A DNA stretch of 63,384 nucleotides, filler included, from Octopus bimaculoides (GCF_001194135.2; 8 parts of 8 records of this genome joined end to end with filler, not necessarily neighbours in it); one strand, 5' to 3'; positions 37,401-48,939 are shown, counted from the whole stretch's first letter. Notes: generated by a model not told the origin, from the letters alone. Made by a program: numbers and translations.

Positions 37401-38719
37401 TGTACATGTATATATATATATATTAACAATATATATGAATTAAATAATGAAGGTAGAAATTGAAATTAATCAATTAAAACCAGTGGCTTAGCATATTTAA
37501 AATATCCGAAGATTAAAAATTATATTACATACAAAATTACGAGGAATGACCACCAAAGTGGACTCCTATGAAGTAAAGAAGTGCGCAGAAAAGTTTGTGT
37601 GAGAGAGAATTAGTCAGAACAGAGAGGTAGCGGGAGAGAGTGAGGGGCTAGAAGAAGCGCTAGAGAGGAAATTAGGGGGAGATATATGTATAAGTATGTG
37701 TATTTCTATATACAATGCAAAAATGCAATACCGTAAAGACTTCCCTTCCCTATTACATTAAATCAAGAGACCATGTTTATATCACACACACACACACGTA
37801 CACACACTCACCTATATACATACATATATTTATACATACATATATTTATGCATACATATATGCATGTGAACATACAAATATGCACCAATATGCACATTCT
37901 TACGTACATTGGTGTGTATATCTATCTGCGAAGAAAGAGAGAGAGAGGGAGAAAGAAAGAGACAGACAGATTGGTAGAGAAGGCGGGTAACGTGACGGCG
38001 ACGGAGACAGACTGGCGTACCACAGACACAGAACAAAAGCAAGAGAAATGTACTTTAGTTATTTAGTGAAAGCTGAAATAAGTGTCGCTTCTTTTCCATT
38101 TATGACGCCACTGAGTGAAATACTTAAACGTCTCCATTGAAGGCCACACGAAAGAGACTTAATTGGTTCCATTAAGAATATTATGAACTGACAGCTGTTG
38201 AATTCTAGTGATGATATTGTAAATATATTTTCTGATCAACTTTTAATGTTGACTTTATAATATCCTAGAGATAACTAATTTCTTTTAAATCCATTTGTGA
38301 GAAAGGTTTAGGCATATGGCTTCTACGTTTTTATTTGTCGATCGATGTACATTAAAAATCGGCTGTTGCTATTGATGGCACATTCTTCAGCTTACCTTAT
38401 TCTTTCTCTCTTTCTTTGTTCATTGTTCCTTCTTTATATTTATTTTTCCCTCATCTATTTGTGACTTTTGTCTGTAGATTTGGGGAAATTGCAACGTGGT
38501 AATGTGTCACCATCAGCTCCTGTCCGCAATCAATTTGGCTTCGATTCCCAGTTTGATATAGTTAAAACTTAAATTCTCCCATTTACTCTTTGATGGGGGA
38601 AACTCCAGCTATATGGTGCAATAAGGAACTGTGTAGCTGTTAATAATATACACATGGTAATTCATTTTTAGAATTATTAGCCTTCTTTTTCTAGCACTTT
38701 TACTAGCCCCCCACTCTCT

Positions 38720-38910
38720 CTCCCTTCTCTGGCGTACATATTTCTCCCTGGAAGGGATGCTGATCCGTCGCAGGATTACTCATATTTACCAGCTAAGTGG
38801 GCTGAAAAAACGGGAAATAAAGTGCTTTACTCAAGAGCACAACGCATTGCCCGTTCCATGAATCGAAAATACAATGTTACACGAGTCCAACACCCTAAGC
38901 AATAAACCAT
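38720..38910 (-). mobile_element. tRNA-derived SINE (V-domain-like), diverged
   Basis: GGGATGCTGATCCGTCGCAGG..CCAGCTAAGTGG..AAGTGCTTTACTCAAGAGCACAACGC..AACCATGCGCCTCC. Confidence 0.6.
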
Positions 38911-39197
38911 GCGCCTCCGCTATTTTAGAATAATGTTAAGATAATTACTAGCACAAATGCAACTATCATTGCAATTGCTAATAGCCATCTCGCAAAATCC
39001 ATATTTGTACTTACAAAGGGTAGTGAAGTATCAGACAAAATGCTTTGCAGTATTTGTTACGGATCTCTGCGGTCTGAGTTCAAAGGCTTTCGAGAGAAAT
39101 TTTGACTCTCAGGGATCACTAAAAATAAAGCAATAGTCAAGTATTACTGTCAATGATATTGACTAACCCATCTCCCTCAGCATTACTAGTTAAGAAG

Positions 39198-39228
<31 letters not shown>

Positions 39229-39232
39229 TAAT

Positions 39233-39860
39233 GGTGAAACCGTATAGCATATTACCAGTCAACGTACACCACTAGCCCAGAAAGAATATGAGAGACGTCA
39301 TGACAATATAGCAAGGATTGTCCATTGGACAGTGCAACAAGTATGAATTTGACAGAGCAAAAATGTGGTACGAACATAAACCCGAAGGCATCATCGAAAA
39401 TGATAATGCAAAGATCCTATGAGATTTTATGGTTTAGTGCGACCATGAGATAGAGAATAGGAAACCAGACATAGAGTTAATTGAGAAAGAAATGAAACGA
39501 TGCTGGATCATAGATATAGCATGTCCAACTGACAACAAGTTATGCGATAAGGAAGAAAGAAAAGTCGATAGATATGACAGGTTAACTTGGGAGGTTAAGC
39601 AGTTGTGGTCGCTGGAAAAGGTGGTAGTAGTACCGATAATTGTCGAAGCCTGGGGAACAGTGAGTAAAAATCTTGAGAAGTACATGGAACAAATAGGGGA
39701 TGCAATAAGGGTGGAGCACTTGCAGAAAACAGCACTGCTTAGAACCGATCGAATACTCCGGATGGTGCTCAAAAGATAAGGGGTGTTGCCTTAGTTCACT
39801 GGTAGTGAACAGTTGGCACTTTAGTACATCTCCAGCGTTAGAAGCTGTACAGAGACAATA

Positions 39861-39862
<2 letters not shown>
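39233..39862 (+). mobile_element. 5'-truncated R4/Dong-like LINE (subfamily 1) between (TAA)n tracts
   Basis: ..AQKEYERRHDNIARIVHW..ENDNAKIL..DHEIENRKPDIELIEK..WIIDIACPTD..VVVPIIVEAWGTVSKNLEKY..HLQKTALLRTDRILRMVL. (TAA)n at about 39200-39230 and 39863-39912. Confidence 0.9.
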
Positions 39863-39912
<50 letters not shown>

Positions 39913-39916
<4 letters not shown>

Positions 39917-41059
39917 GAGCACTCAGAGAGCACAAACCTCCGCCAAGGCAACACCAACGTCCTTATTTCTTTAATTAGCACAAGGCCTCAATAGAGAAGG
40001 GACAACACAAAAACAGACAAAACAATGCAATGGGATACATAGAAACATATATCGAATGAATTATCGATATAATGAAAATGAGAATGAAATGGCTTACCTA
40101 CCTGCCCAAAGCAGGTAGTTCCATTTTACTGTTTTTAACTGAAAAGTTCATATCGGTTTTGTATCTGTTGGTTTATAACATATACTCTATTAACTCTTCG
40201 AAGGCCACCACCGGCGTCAATTCGTCGTAGCCAATATGTATTCCTGTCATCTCTATTCTTTTGCCAAACAACTCTTTCGGTTTCTCTCTTCTTTCTTTTT
40301 CCAACAAAACAGCTTTCAAACCTTCGTTATACTCTTTGGCCGCTACTTTCACTCTAATAACGTTCTTCATCTTGGCAATTCTCTTCTCCATCTCTTCACT
40401 TTTTGGGTATTGCACCATTGTTCTCAGGTTCCTCTCTTTCGGTGTCACTCTCCTTCTCCCCTCACCAATCCCCTCCTCTGCCACTGGCATTTCTGTCTCT
40501 GTCTGTCTCTCATTCTGTGTTGCTATCATCTCTTTTTCATTTTCCTTGCTCTTCTGTATTCTTTCCGCCTTACTGGTTGATGGTCTCTGCGTTCGCTCCT
40601 CACTTACTTTTGTTGTCTTTTCATTTTTTCTCTTCTCATTTGTACTTTCTTGTTTTTCACTCTGCTTCTCCTCTCCACTTGCCTTTCTTTTCTTCCTTGG
40701 ACTTTTTGGTGGTGAGTCTGTCTTCTTTCTTTTTGCCATTGTGTATTGCTCGTCCATTTTCTCCTCCTCCACGGTTGCACGCTCTTCTTCCTGAGATTCC
40801 TTCCCTGTCTCCTCCTCTTCGTGTTTCTGGGGACACTTAGCTCTCATGTGTCCCTTTACTCCACAAAGAAAACATACAGGCGGTCTTCCTTCCACCACTA
40901 TTTTCAACCTTGCTTCGTCTGGCAGTATCAGTTCTTCCGCAATCTTGTGGAGGTCTGACAAGCTTATATGGACCAATACCTTTAATCCATACTCGCTACA
41001 GTTCACCTCCGTAATTCTTGATATTTTCATTATCTCAGTGTCCGCTAGGGCGGAGGTAA
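39913..41059 (-). mobile_element. Putative Helentron-like non-autonomous unit carrying a retrotransposon ORF1 fragment
   Basis: Left end GCACTC-AGA-GAGCAC hairpin (39919-39933) plus ACCTCCGCC (39936-39944). Right end GGCGGAGGT (41049-41057) is its perfect inverse. Both flanks are TAA-like. Confidence 0.45.
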
Positions 41060-41060
41060 C
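40173..41060 (-). CDS. L1/Tx1-type ORF1 (gag-like) C-terminal half with CCHC zinc knuckle and charged tail
   Basis: Stop-free frame ..EYGLKVLVHISLSDLHKIAEELILPDEARLKIVVEGRPPVCFLCGVKGHMRAKCPQK.. with CX2CX4HX4C at 40833-40874. No ORF2 follows. Confidence 0.75.
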   Translation of the reverse strand, partial: VTSALADTEIMKISRITEVNCSEYGLKVLVHISLSDLHKIAEELILPDEARLKIVVEGRPPVCFLCGVKGHMRAKCPQKHEEEETGKESQEEERATVEEEKMDEQYTMAKRKKTDSPPKSPRKKRKASGEEKQSEKQESTNEKRKNEKTTKVSEERTQRPSTSKAERIQKSKENEKEMIATQNERQTETEMPVAEEGIGEGRRRVTPKERNLRTMVQYPKSEEMEKRIAKMKNVIRVKVAAKEYNEGLKAVLLEKERREKPKELFGKRIEMTGIHIGYDELTPVVAFEELIEYML

Positions 41061-41186
41061 AATAGTAATAGCAATGATTTCATTTATTTTCCACAAGGGC
41101 GAAGAATGAGGGGGCAATACAAAAATAAACATAAAGTGTGGAGGTTTACATATAATGAAATGATTAAAAAAAAAGGATAAAAAGAA

Positions 41187-41248
<62 letters not shown>

Positions 41249-41250
<2 letters not shown>

Positions 41251-41341
41251 CCTGCATGAACTTCTAACTTGTTGTCTCTTGAGGTCTCTGGGTAAGACTT
41301 GGATCCAACTTGTACAAATGCAAAGCAAAAGTTAAACATAA

Positions 41342-41342
<1 letters not shown>
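41249..41342 (+). mobile_element. About 90-bp 3' terminus of Dong-like subfamily 3 inside a (TAA)n tract
   Basis: GAACTTCTAACTTG..TCTCTTGAGGTCT..GGGT..GACTTGG..CAACTTGTACAAAT..AAAGCAAAAG matches the reverse complement of 53765-53860. (TAA)n on both sides. Confidence 0.85.
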
Positions 41343-41408
<66 letters not shown>

Positions 41409-41583
41409 GACACGAGCAGTGATTTACCAACTGATATTCAACACAGAGGACTGTGTTGANNNNNNNNNNNNNNNNNNNNNNNNNNNNNNNNNNNNNNNNN
41501 NNNNNNNNNNNNNNNNNNNNNNNNNNNNNNNNNNNNNNNNNNNNNNNNNNNNNNNNNNNNNNNNNNNNNNNNNNNNNNNNNNN

Positions 41584-42200
41584 CTCAAAGGCACAGTGGA
41601 GCATTTTCTCGCTTCTGCCTCATTCACGAAGCGCACCTCTACTGTGCCGCACTTCCTCCCTCTGGTGCAGAACATCGCTACGTTCTCAATTTCTCTGAGG
41701 CACTCCTCCACCGCCGCCACTTCCACCCCTTTGTTGCAATTTTCAATGTTCTGTACACAATTGCTACCTTCCCCGTTCTATCTGTCACTTCTTTGGGGGG
41801 GGGCGCCAACCTCAGGCTATCTCCCTCCCTTTTCAACAAATCTCTGAATTTTTAAAAATTTCTTTCCTGTAATTTAACTTCTGTAATCTGCAGTCACTCC
41901 GCTGACAGGCCCTTGCCAGTCACCGCAGCAAAACTGCCCCGCTTGCACTGGTACACCTTCCACATTATTCACCACTTCACCCACAAATGGGGAAGAAAAT
42001 TAAAAAACGGCAACAAGTTCAACATGCAACAACAATCCAGCAATTCAACAAACAGCAGTTAAACAAAAACGGCACCCACAAGGAGCGTATACACTTCCAA
42101 CTCAGAGATTGGTGGCGAACCCTGCTGTACTCTATCACCACAACTTTCTCTCACTCTTTCTTCCTGTTTCTGTTGTACCTGTATTTCATGGGATTTCTTT
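41584..42200 (-). mobile_element. L1/Tx1-type 5' region and ORF1 N-terminal (RRM-like) half
   Basis: VEECLREIENVAMFCTRGRKCGTVEVRFVNEAEARKCSTVPL running into a gap; RNP-like VEVRF motif. Same strand as the zinc-knuckle half. Confidence 0.55.
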
Positions 42201-42585
42201 CCATAATCCTTTCTACTATGGGCACAAGGCCTGACATTTGGAGGGGGGGGGTAAGTCAATTACATCAACCCCAGTACTCAACTGGTACTTAATTTATCGA
42301 AAGCAAAGTTACCCAATAATAACAATAAAAATAATCCTTTCTACTAAAGCACAAGACCTGGAATTTGTGGGGAGTGGGATAATCGATTAGATCAACGGAA
42401 GTGTTCAACTGGTGCTTATTTCATCGACCCCCGAATAATGAACATCAAAATCGAATTCCACCGAGATCAACTTCACCTTTCATCCTTTCGATGAAATAAG
42501 TACCAAGACCACTGGTGTCGATGAATTAGACTAGCCCTCTCCCAACAAAATTTCAGGCCTATAGTAGAAAAGGTTATTATTACTA
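42200..42585. mobile_element. Cluster of SINE family B 3' fragments in both orientations
   Basis: ATAATCCTTTCTACTA..GCACAAG at 42203 and 42333 (minus); GGCCTATAGTAGAAAAGG-TTATTATT at about 42556 (plus). Confidence 0.7.
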
Positions 42586-42589
42586 TTCA

Positions 42590-43105
42590 TAGTGTGCACG
42601 AATGTTTCACATTCGGGATCAATGTCCTTGATACCATCTCACAATCAGTTTCCTTAAATATCGAGGACCTTTCCTATAATCTTTGCTGTTCCCAATAGAG
42701 CAAGTTTCTGAATTAACACATCTCTCGTATTTACACTAATCACAGTAAGAGAGCTGTTAAGTCTGTTGAAAACAGTACCTAAGGTACCTATAACAATTGG
42801 GATTACTTTTGTAGAGACCCTCCACAGTCTTAGTATATACCTTGCAAAATCCTGGTATTTTCTTATTTTCTCCTCTTCTTTTACCGCTACATTCATGTCT
42901 GTAGATATAGCCACATTTATAATGATACACTTGTTTTCTCCTTGTCCAGAAAAATAATAGTTGGATGCGTTGCATGAAATCTGTACATTGCGATTAATCT
43001 GTACATTAAAATGCCATAAGACCTTATACTGGTCGTTCTCTAATACACTTTATGCTTGATGTTGGTACCATTCTCTTCCTACATTAAATTCTCTTTACCG
43101 TAATA
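42590..43105 (-). mobile_element. R4/Dong-like RLE domain fragment
   Basis: ..D(I/V)AISTDMNVAVKEEEKIRKYQD..LWRVSTKVIPIVIGTLGTV..IQKLALLGTAKIIGKVL*. Confidence 0.8.
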
Positions 43106-43109
43106 TTTT

Positions 43110-43930
43110 CGCTTTCGAGAAAGTTATTTTGCGCCATCTCGAACAGATCCATCCACAACATCCACCATCTCATGCAATACATGATAGAGATGGTAAATAA
43201 CAGATATATACTTGGTGATTCCGGTAAATTGTCCCCTATCGGAACCATTCAATATCATACACTCGGTCCGTAAAGCCTGTTCCTTCCCGTCTCTTCTGTA
43301 TGTGCTGACTCTTGAACCACTACTGCAAAAGCTGGAGACGCTGGGGTGCATCCTCTGTGAACTTGAACGTGGGAGACCCGTGATGGCTCACGCAGAGGAT
43401 GTCACTGTCATAGTGCTAAACACAAGACACATAGAGCTGAGCGGCACTGCTCTCAGAGGAATACGATACGATGACAGGTGCAAGAATCAACCAAAAAAGC
43501 CAGTGAGTTTGCAGTTCGGCTCTTGAGGAGGCACCTTGAACGCTGGACAACACGCCATTTAAATTGCGCGTGTTCTGGTTTAGTGCAGATCACCAAATGG
43601 AGAAGAATTAGAACGAGGTGACGAGCAGGGTGCAGTCTCACTTAGAAATGAGCCGAGAAGAAGTTATCTTTGAAAGCGTGGGCAGAAGTGGCGAGCGCAT
43701 ACATCACCTTATATTACCAGATAGCCGTTGTGCTTTGTCACAATTCTCGTCTTACCGGACTAAAGTGCCTGCTCTTCGGCTTTTTGTGTAAGGGATGCAA
43801 TCCATTGGTGAAACATTCTTTGTGTTGTCAACACTCACTGAGTGGAGGACTGGGCATGCTGAGGCTGATGATCGTAGACACGCACTTAGGCAACGATATT
43901 TTCGGCTTTTCCTCGACAATGAGCAGTTGT
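43110..43930 (+). pseudogene. Decayed L1/Tx1 ORF2 reverse transcriptase fragment
   Basis: AISNRSIHNIHHLMQYMI..PLSEPFNIIHSVRKACSFPSLLYVLTLEPLL..AHAEDVTVIV; degenerate SVRQGCPLSP and YADD motifs, with frameshifts. Confidence 0.75.
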
Positions 43931-45171
43931 GTGCAGTTTTACCTGCATCTAAAATTTGCTCCAACCATGATCAAACTGTCTTTTCTTCTCAAATAGCCTT
44001 TCCCGAACAACATAATTCAAAGAATAATTTTATATGATGGTAGTTTCGGCTGCTGTTTCTTGCAAGCCACTACACTGAGAATTTAATTTTGGTGAAAATT
44101 GTAAAAAAAAATATATATCCTTGCAAGTGGCATTTATCACTGGATTATGTAATCATTTTTTTTTTGATGACACAGCAATTAAGAAATTGAGAAATAATAA
44201 TTGGGAAGTTACGTTGTCCTTTATAAAAATATATAAATAATAATAAAATAATAATCCCATAATTAGAGTTTACCAGTAGAAATAAATAGCTTATCTGATT
44301 CTTGTCAATATGGTTATTAAAATAAAATGGAAGAGAAAAAAACGGGAAGTATAACATATTTGCAGATGTACACAAAAGTGAATACTTAAGTCGGCTATCG
44401 ATTGTTTAAATAAGCTTAACCAAATTTTTGTTTGATCTCTAGTTAAATAGCTTTTACTATCTGCTATACATTAAGATTTAAAATCAAAAGCTTCGATATT
44501 CATATGAATTAGTTGAAAAGCCTTGCAACACTTTCAAACTTTCTACGGGTATGTCTCTTTAAGTAATTTACGAAATCTGAACAATAGCATAACTAATCCC
44601 ATATGGTAAATATGGAGATTGTTCATCTAACGGAACAAATACCAAACTTGCCAGGTCAAACCAGGTATGAGGAAAACTTGGTTAGCATTAACAAATGGTA
44701 CTGTTCTCTGGGAAATGTTAATGCTGTTATCCTGGTATAGATTTTTATTGTTTTATGACAGTCAACTTAATAATGTAATGGAACAAAAGAAAGCCGTTGT
44801 TCAACTTAACTGGCTGGCTGGTTGGTTAAGAATTGAGTCGTTCTCTTCGTCAATAAATCAACTTTCAGCACGTGCAACGTTCACTAACTTTCGATTTAAT
44901 ACGCCTGCCAGGTCAGACAGGCGTCTACTAGCTCTTAAGGATTGACTTTAGGCTTTTTAATGGATACAGATGCTCAGTGAAGAAAGATCTTATCCAATAA
45001 GACCTGTTTTTGTGTATAAATACATGTGTTGCAATTTTTACTGCAGTTTATTTGTATAAGTTAGCCAAAGGTCGAAAAGAAAAGTGCTAATGGCATCCAC
45101 TAGATCTCTGTGAACGGTGAGATTAGTATGGTTGGTGTTGGGTTTGAACAGCTGCAGGTGGACGTCTAAGA

Positions 45172-45173
45172 GA

Positions 45174-45250
<77 letters not shown>
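45172..45250. repeat. (GA)n microsatellite
   Basis: Perfect AG run. Confidence 0.95.
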
Positions 45251-45254
<4 letters not shown>

Positions 45255-45913
45255 GGGAAGTGGATTGCAGTGTACTGTAAGAAGTATTGGATGAAGTGTT
45301 AAGAACAGGAGCAACACAGTAAAAGGTGATGGGGTGAAAAGAGACAGGTAAGTTGGTTTACGTGGAGAGGTTATTTCAGATTTCAAATTGCTAGTTCCTA
45401 AAAGTAGAAGCCGTAGTAATAACGGTTCAAAGGAATAGAGAGAGAGAAAAGAAAAAAGACAACACTTTTGTGAACGAATGGTAGTAGTTGTTGGCGAATG
45501 GATCATTGTAATCAGACGAACGATCTTGATTCGGCTGCAGTGTAATATAAGTGTGTGTGTGTAACAGTACTACCGTTTCAAAGAGAGTACTATCACTTTA
45601 ATAATTGCAATCAATCTTCTGAGGTCTTCAACATTTTGATGTTTAAGCAAATGACTTTCCTTTTATTCAATATTAGAAAAATATGCTAGAATTTTTTGAA
45701 TTAACCTAGAGCTTAATATCAATTAAATCTTACCATGAAAATCTTTATGAACTTATTTAAATATTAAAGTACTTTTATGAAGTTATTTGATGATCCTTTT
45801 AAAGAAAATCAAGTTGCAAAAATCACTTTCATAAAGGGAATCGTGGAAGATGCAGATTATAATTTCTAAGAGTAGTTTGAAATTTTAGGCCAGAGTCTCT
45901 CTATTTCTTTGTG

Positions 45914-45946
<33 letters not shown>

Positions 45947-46046
45947 NNNNNNNNNNNNNNNNNNNNNNNNNNNNNNNNNNNNNNNNNNNNTTAATTAATT
46001 AANNNNNNNNNNNNNNNNNNNNNNNNNNNNNNNNNNNNNNNNNNNN

Positions 46047-46644
46047 TGTTCAGTGGTTGTTGGTTGTTGTTCAGTGGTTGTTGTTGGTTGTTCAGTGGTT
46101 GTTGATGGCTGTTCAGTTGTTGTTGATTGTTGTTCAGTGGTTGTTGATGGCTGTTCAGTGGTTGTTGGTTGTTGTTCAGTGGTTGTTGATGTCTGTTCAG
46201 TGGTTGTTGATTGTTGTTCAGTGGTTGTTGATGGCTGTTCAGTGGTTGTTGGTTGTTGTTCAGTGGTTGTTGATGTCATTTCAGTCGTTGTTGATGTCAG
46301 TTCAGTGGTTGATGATTGTTGCTCAGTGGTTGTTGTTGGTTGTTCAGTGGTTGTTGACGTCTGTTCAGTGGTTGTTGCTGGTTGCTCAGTGGTTGTTGAT
46401 TGTTTCTCAGTGACTGTTGATGTCTGTTCAGCGGTTGTCGATGGTTGTGCAGTGGAAGACACCGTGGAAGTGGATGGCTCTTCACTTGTGCTTGATGGGG
46501 TTACATCCGTACTTCGATGTTCAATGGTGGTAGTGAATGATTCCAATGTAGTAGTTTGTTGATCAGTGGTTGTTGATTGTTCAGTAGTATATCGTGTATT
46601 TGGTTCCGCTTCAGTTGACGGGGTTCTTGTTGTCTTTGTAGATA
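46047..46644 (-). CDS. Mucin-like exon (21-nt / 7-aa EQxxTTT repeats), 3' end lost in gap
   Basis: Acceptor TTTTTTCTCTCTTTCAG| at 46645, phase 1. Stop-free STKTTRTPSTEAEPNTRYTTEQSTTT... followed by about 19 heptad repeats. Confidence 0.88.
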
Positions 46645-46914
46645 CTGAAAGAGAGAAAAAAGCAACGTTTAAATTTTGCTCTGTATTTTATCAGTTTAAT
46701 GTATATATTTTTTTATCTATATATCGCTGTTTTTCTTTATCAGTTGAGACTAGATTTCTCTAAGCATGTCATTGATAGTGGAGACTTGCTACCGATGATG
46801 CTTATAGATTAGTAAGATTATTGTGAATACTGTTCTTGTTCAACAATAATAAATATGAACACAACAAACAGTATTGTGTGATCCTTCAGTTAAGTGTAAA
46901 CTCGATATAGGTTT

Positions 46915-47110
46915 GTGAGATGGCTGAACCGTTAGAACGCCGGACATCAGGCTTAGAGGCATTTCGTCCATCTCTATGTTCTGAGCTCAAATTCCGCCGA
47001 GATCGACAATGCTTTTATCCTTTCGGGGACCGATAAAATAAATATCAGTCAGGTACTTTGACCGATGTAAAAGACATCGTCCCATCTTTAAAAACTGTTG
47101 GCCCTGAACC
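46915..47110 (+). mobile_element. SINE family B within the 600-bp intron
   Basis: GGCTGAACCGTTAG..GAGCTCAAATTCCGCCGAGATCGAC..CCTTTCGGGGACCGATAAAATAA. Confidence 0.7.
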
Positions 47111-47141
47111 AAAATGTGAAATCATTACAACTATGCGTGTG

Positions 47142-47184
<43 letters not shown>

Positions 47185-47244
47185 ACATACATACATACAT
47201 ACATACAATATGTAATGAAATCTAAACTCATTTTTCTTTCTTAC

Positions 47245-47527
47245 CTAGATCGGCGTTTGATAAAAAAACAACGGCAGTGATCAAACTCCCAAAGCAGACA
47301 GCTACAAACAGGGAAATTAGGAAAAGAAACAATAAATTTCTTTTGCATGACCATTTCTTGATTCTTGTGTGATAGTCAGAACTGTCTGCAAGACTGGCAT
47401 CATCATTTCCAATCCAATTGGTAGTTGGATCGTTAAATATATACGGCCAATATGGCGTCAATCTGGTCGCGACATTTCTGTGTGCGTTGTCCCGGTTTTC
47501 AAAATCTTCACTGTCAAGTTGTCTTTC
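47245..47527 (-). CDS. Coding exon with cytoplasmic segment and signal-anchor TM helix (type II membrane protein)
   Basis: Acceptor CTTTATTTTCCAG| (phase 0) and donor AG|GTAAGA (phase 1). Encodes ERQLDSEDF...KKWSCKRNLLFLFLISLFVAVCFGSLITAVVFLSNADL; donor phase matches the mucin exon acceptor. Confidence 0.85.
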
Positions 47528-48637
47528 CTGGAAAATAAAGTATACGAAATAACGAATAAATATTCATTTTACAAAATCTCGACATACATACATATATCTA
47601 TGTATGTATGTATGTATGTATGTATGTATGTATGTATGTATGTATGTATGCATATATATATATATATATATATATATANNNNNNNNNNNNNNNNNNNNNN
47701 NNNNNNNNNNNNNNNNNNNNNNNNNNNNNNNNNNNNNNNNNNNNNNNNNNNNNNNNNNNNNNNNNNNNNNNNNNNNNNNNNNNNNNNNNNNNNNNNNNNN
47801 NNNNNNNNNNNNNNNNNNNNNNNNNNNNNNNNNNNNNNNNNNNNNNNNNNNNNNNNNNNNNNNNNNNNNNNNNNNNNNNNNNNNNNNNNNNNNNNNNNNN
47901 NNNNNNNNNNNNNNNNNNNNNNNNNNNNNNNNNNNNNNNNNNNNNNNNNNNNNNNNNNNNNNNNNNNNNNNNNNNNNNNNNNNNNNNNNNNNNNNNNNNN
48001 NNNNNNNNNNNNNNNNNNNNNNNNNNNNNNNNNNNNNNNNNNNNNNNNNNNNNNNNNNNNNNNNNNNNNNNNNNNNNNNNNNNNNNNNNNNNNNNNNNNN
48101 NNNNNNNNNNNNNNNNNNNNNNNNNNNNNNNNNNNNNNNNNNNNNNNNNNNNNNNNNNNNNNNNNNNNNNNNNNNNNNNNNNNNNNNNNNNNNNNNNNNN
48201 NNNNNNNNNNNNNNNNNNNNNNNNNNNNNNNNNNNNNNNNNNNNNNNNNNNNNNNNNNNNNNNNNNNNNNNNNNNNNNNNNNNNNNNNNNNNNNNNNNNN
48301 NNNNNNNNNNNNNNNNNNNNNNNNNNNNNNNNNNNNNNNNNNNNNNNNNNNNNNNNNNNNNNNNNNNNNNNNNNNNNNNNNNNNNNNNNNNNNNNNNNNN
48401 NNNNNNNNNNNNNNNNNNNNNNNNNNNNNNNNNNNNNNNNNNNNNNNNNNNNNNNNNNNNNNNNNNNNNNNNNNNNNNNNNNNNNNNNNNNNNNNNNNNN
48501 NNNNNNNNNNNNNNNNNNNNNNNNNNNNNNNNNNNNNNNNNNNNNNNNNNNNNNNNNNNNNNNNNGCAAATTTTAGAGGTAATACTTGATAATTGCAAGC
48601 ACCTGTACATGCCAGATAGTGGCCGAGGTGAAAGAAT

Positions 48638-48718
48638 AAATTAAAAATGTAAAATTAAAACAGAACACGTATACCGCGGAATCCTTTGTGTTCTGTTTTA
48701 ATTTTACATTTTTAATTT
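48638..48718. repeat. 31-bp-arm inverted repeat with 19-nt loop
   Basis: AAATTAAAAATGTAAAATTAAAACAGAACAC / GTGTTCTGTTTTAATTTTACATTTTTAATTT. Confidence 0.9.
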
Positions 48719-48939
48719 TTTAATTTATATATATATATATATATATATATGCATACACATACTTATATATATATATATATACACACACACATATATGTAT
48801 GAATATACACATATATACACACACACATATATATGCATGAATATATACATATATACATATACATTTATATATGTTTGTGTGTGTGTGTGTGTGTATAATC
48901 GATTCGGTCGGCTAAAATTCTTCAAGGCTGCAAGGATAA

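Noticed and set aside
38478-38570. Plus-strand acceptor followed by DLGKLQRGNVSPSAPVRNQFGFDSQFDIVKT*
   Set aside because: Short, no recognisable domain and no upstream plus-strand exon.
40173-41339. 388-aa ORF as a single intact gene
   Set aside because: Its N-terminal ~90 residues come from a Dong 3' end, an (ATT)n tract (poly-I) and degenerate SINE sequence. Only about 41060-40173 is ORF1-like.
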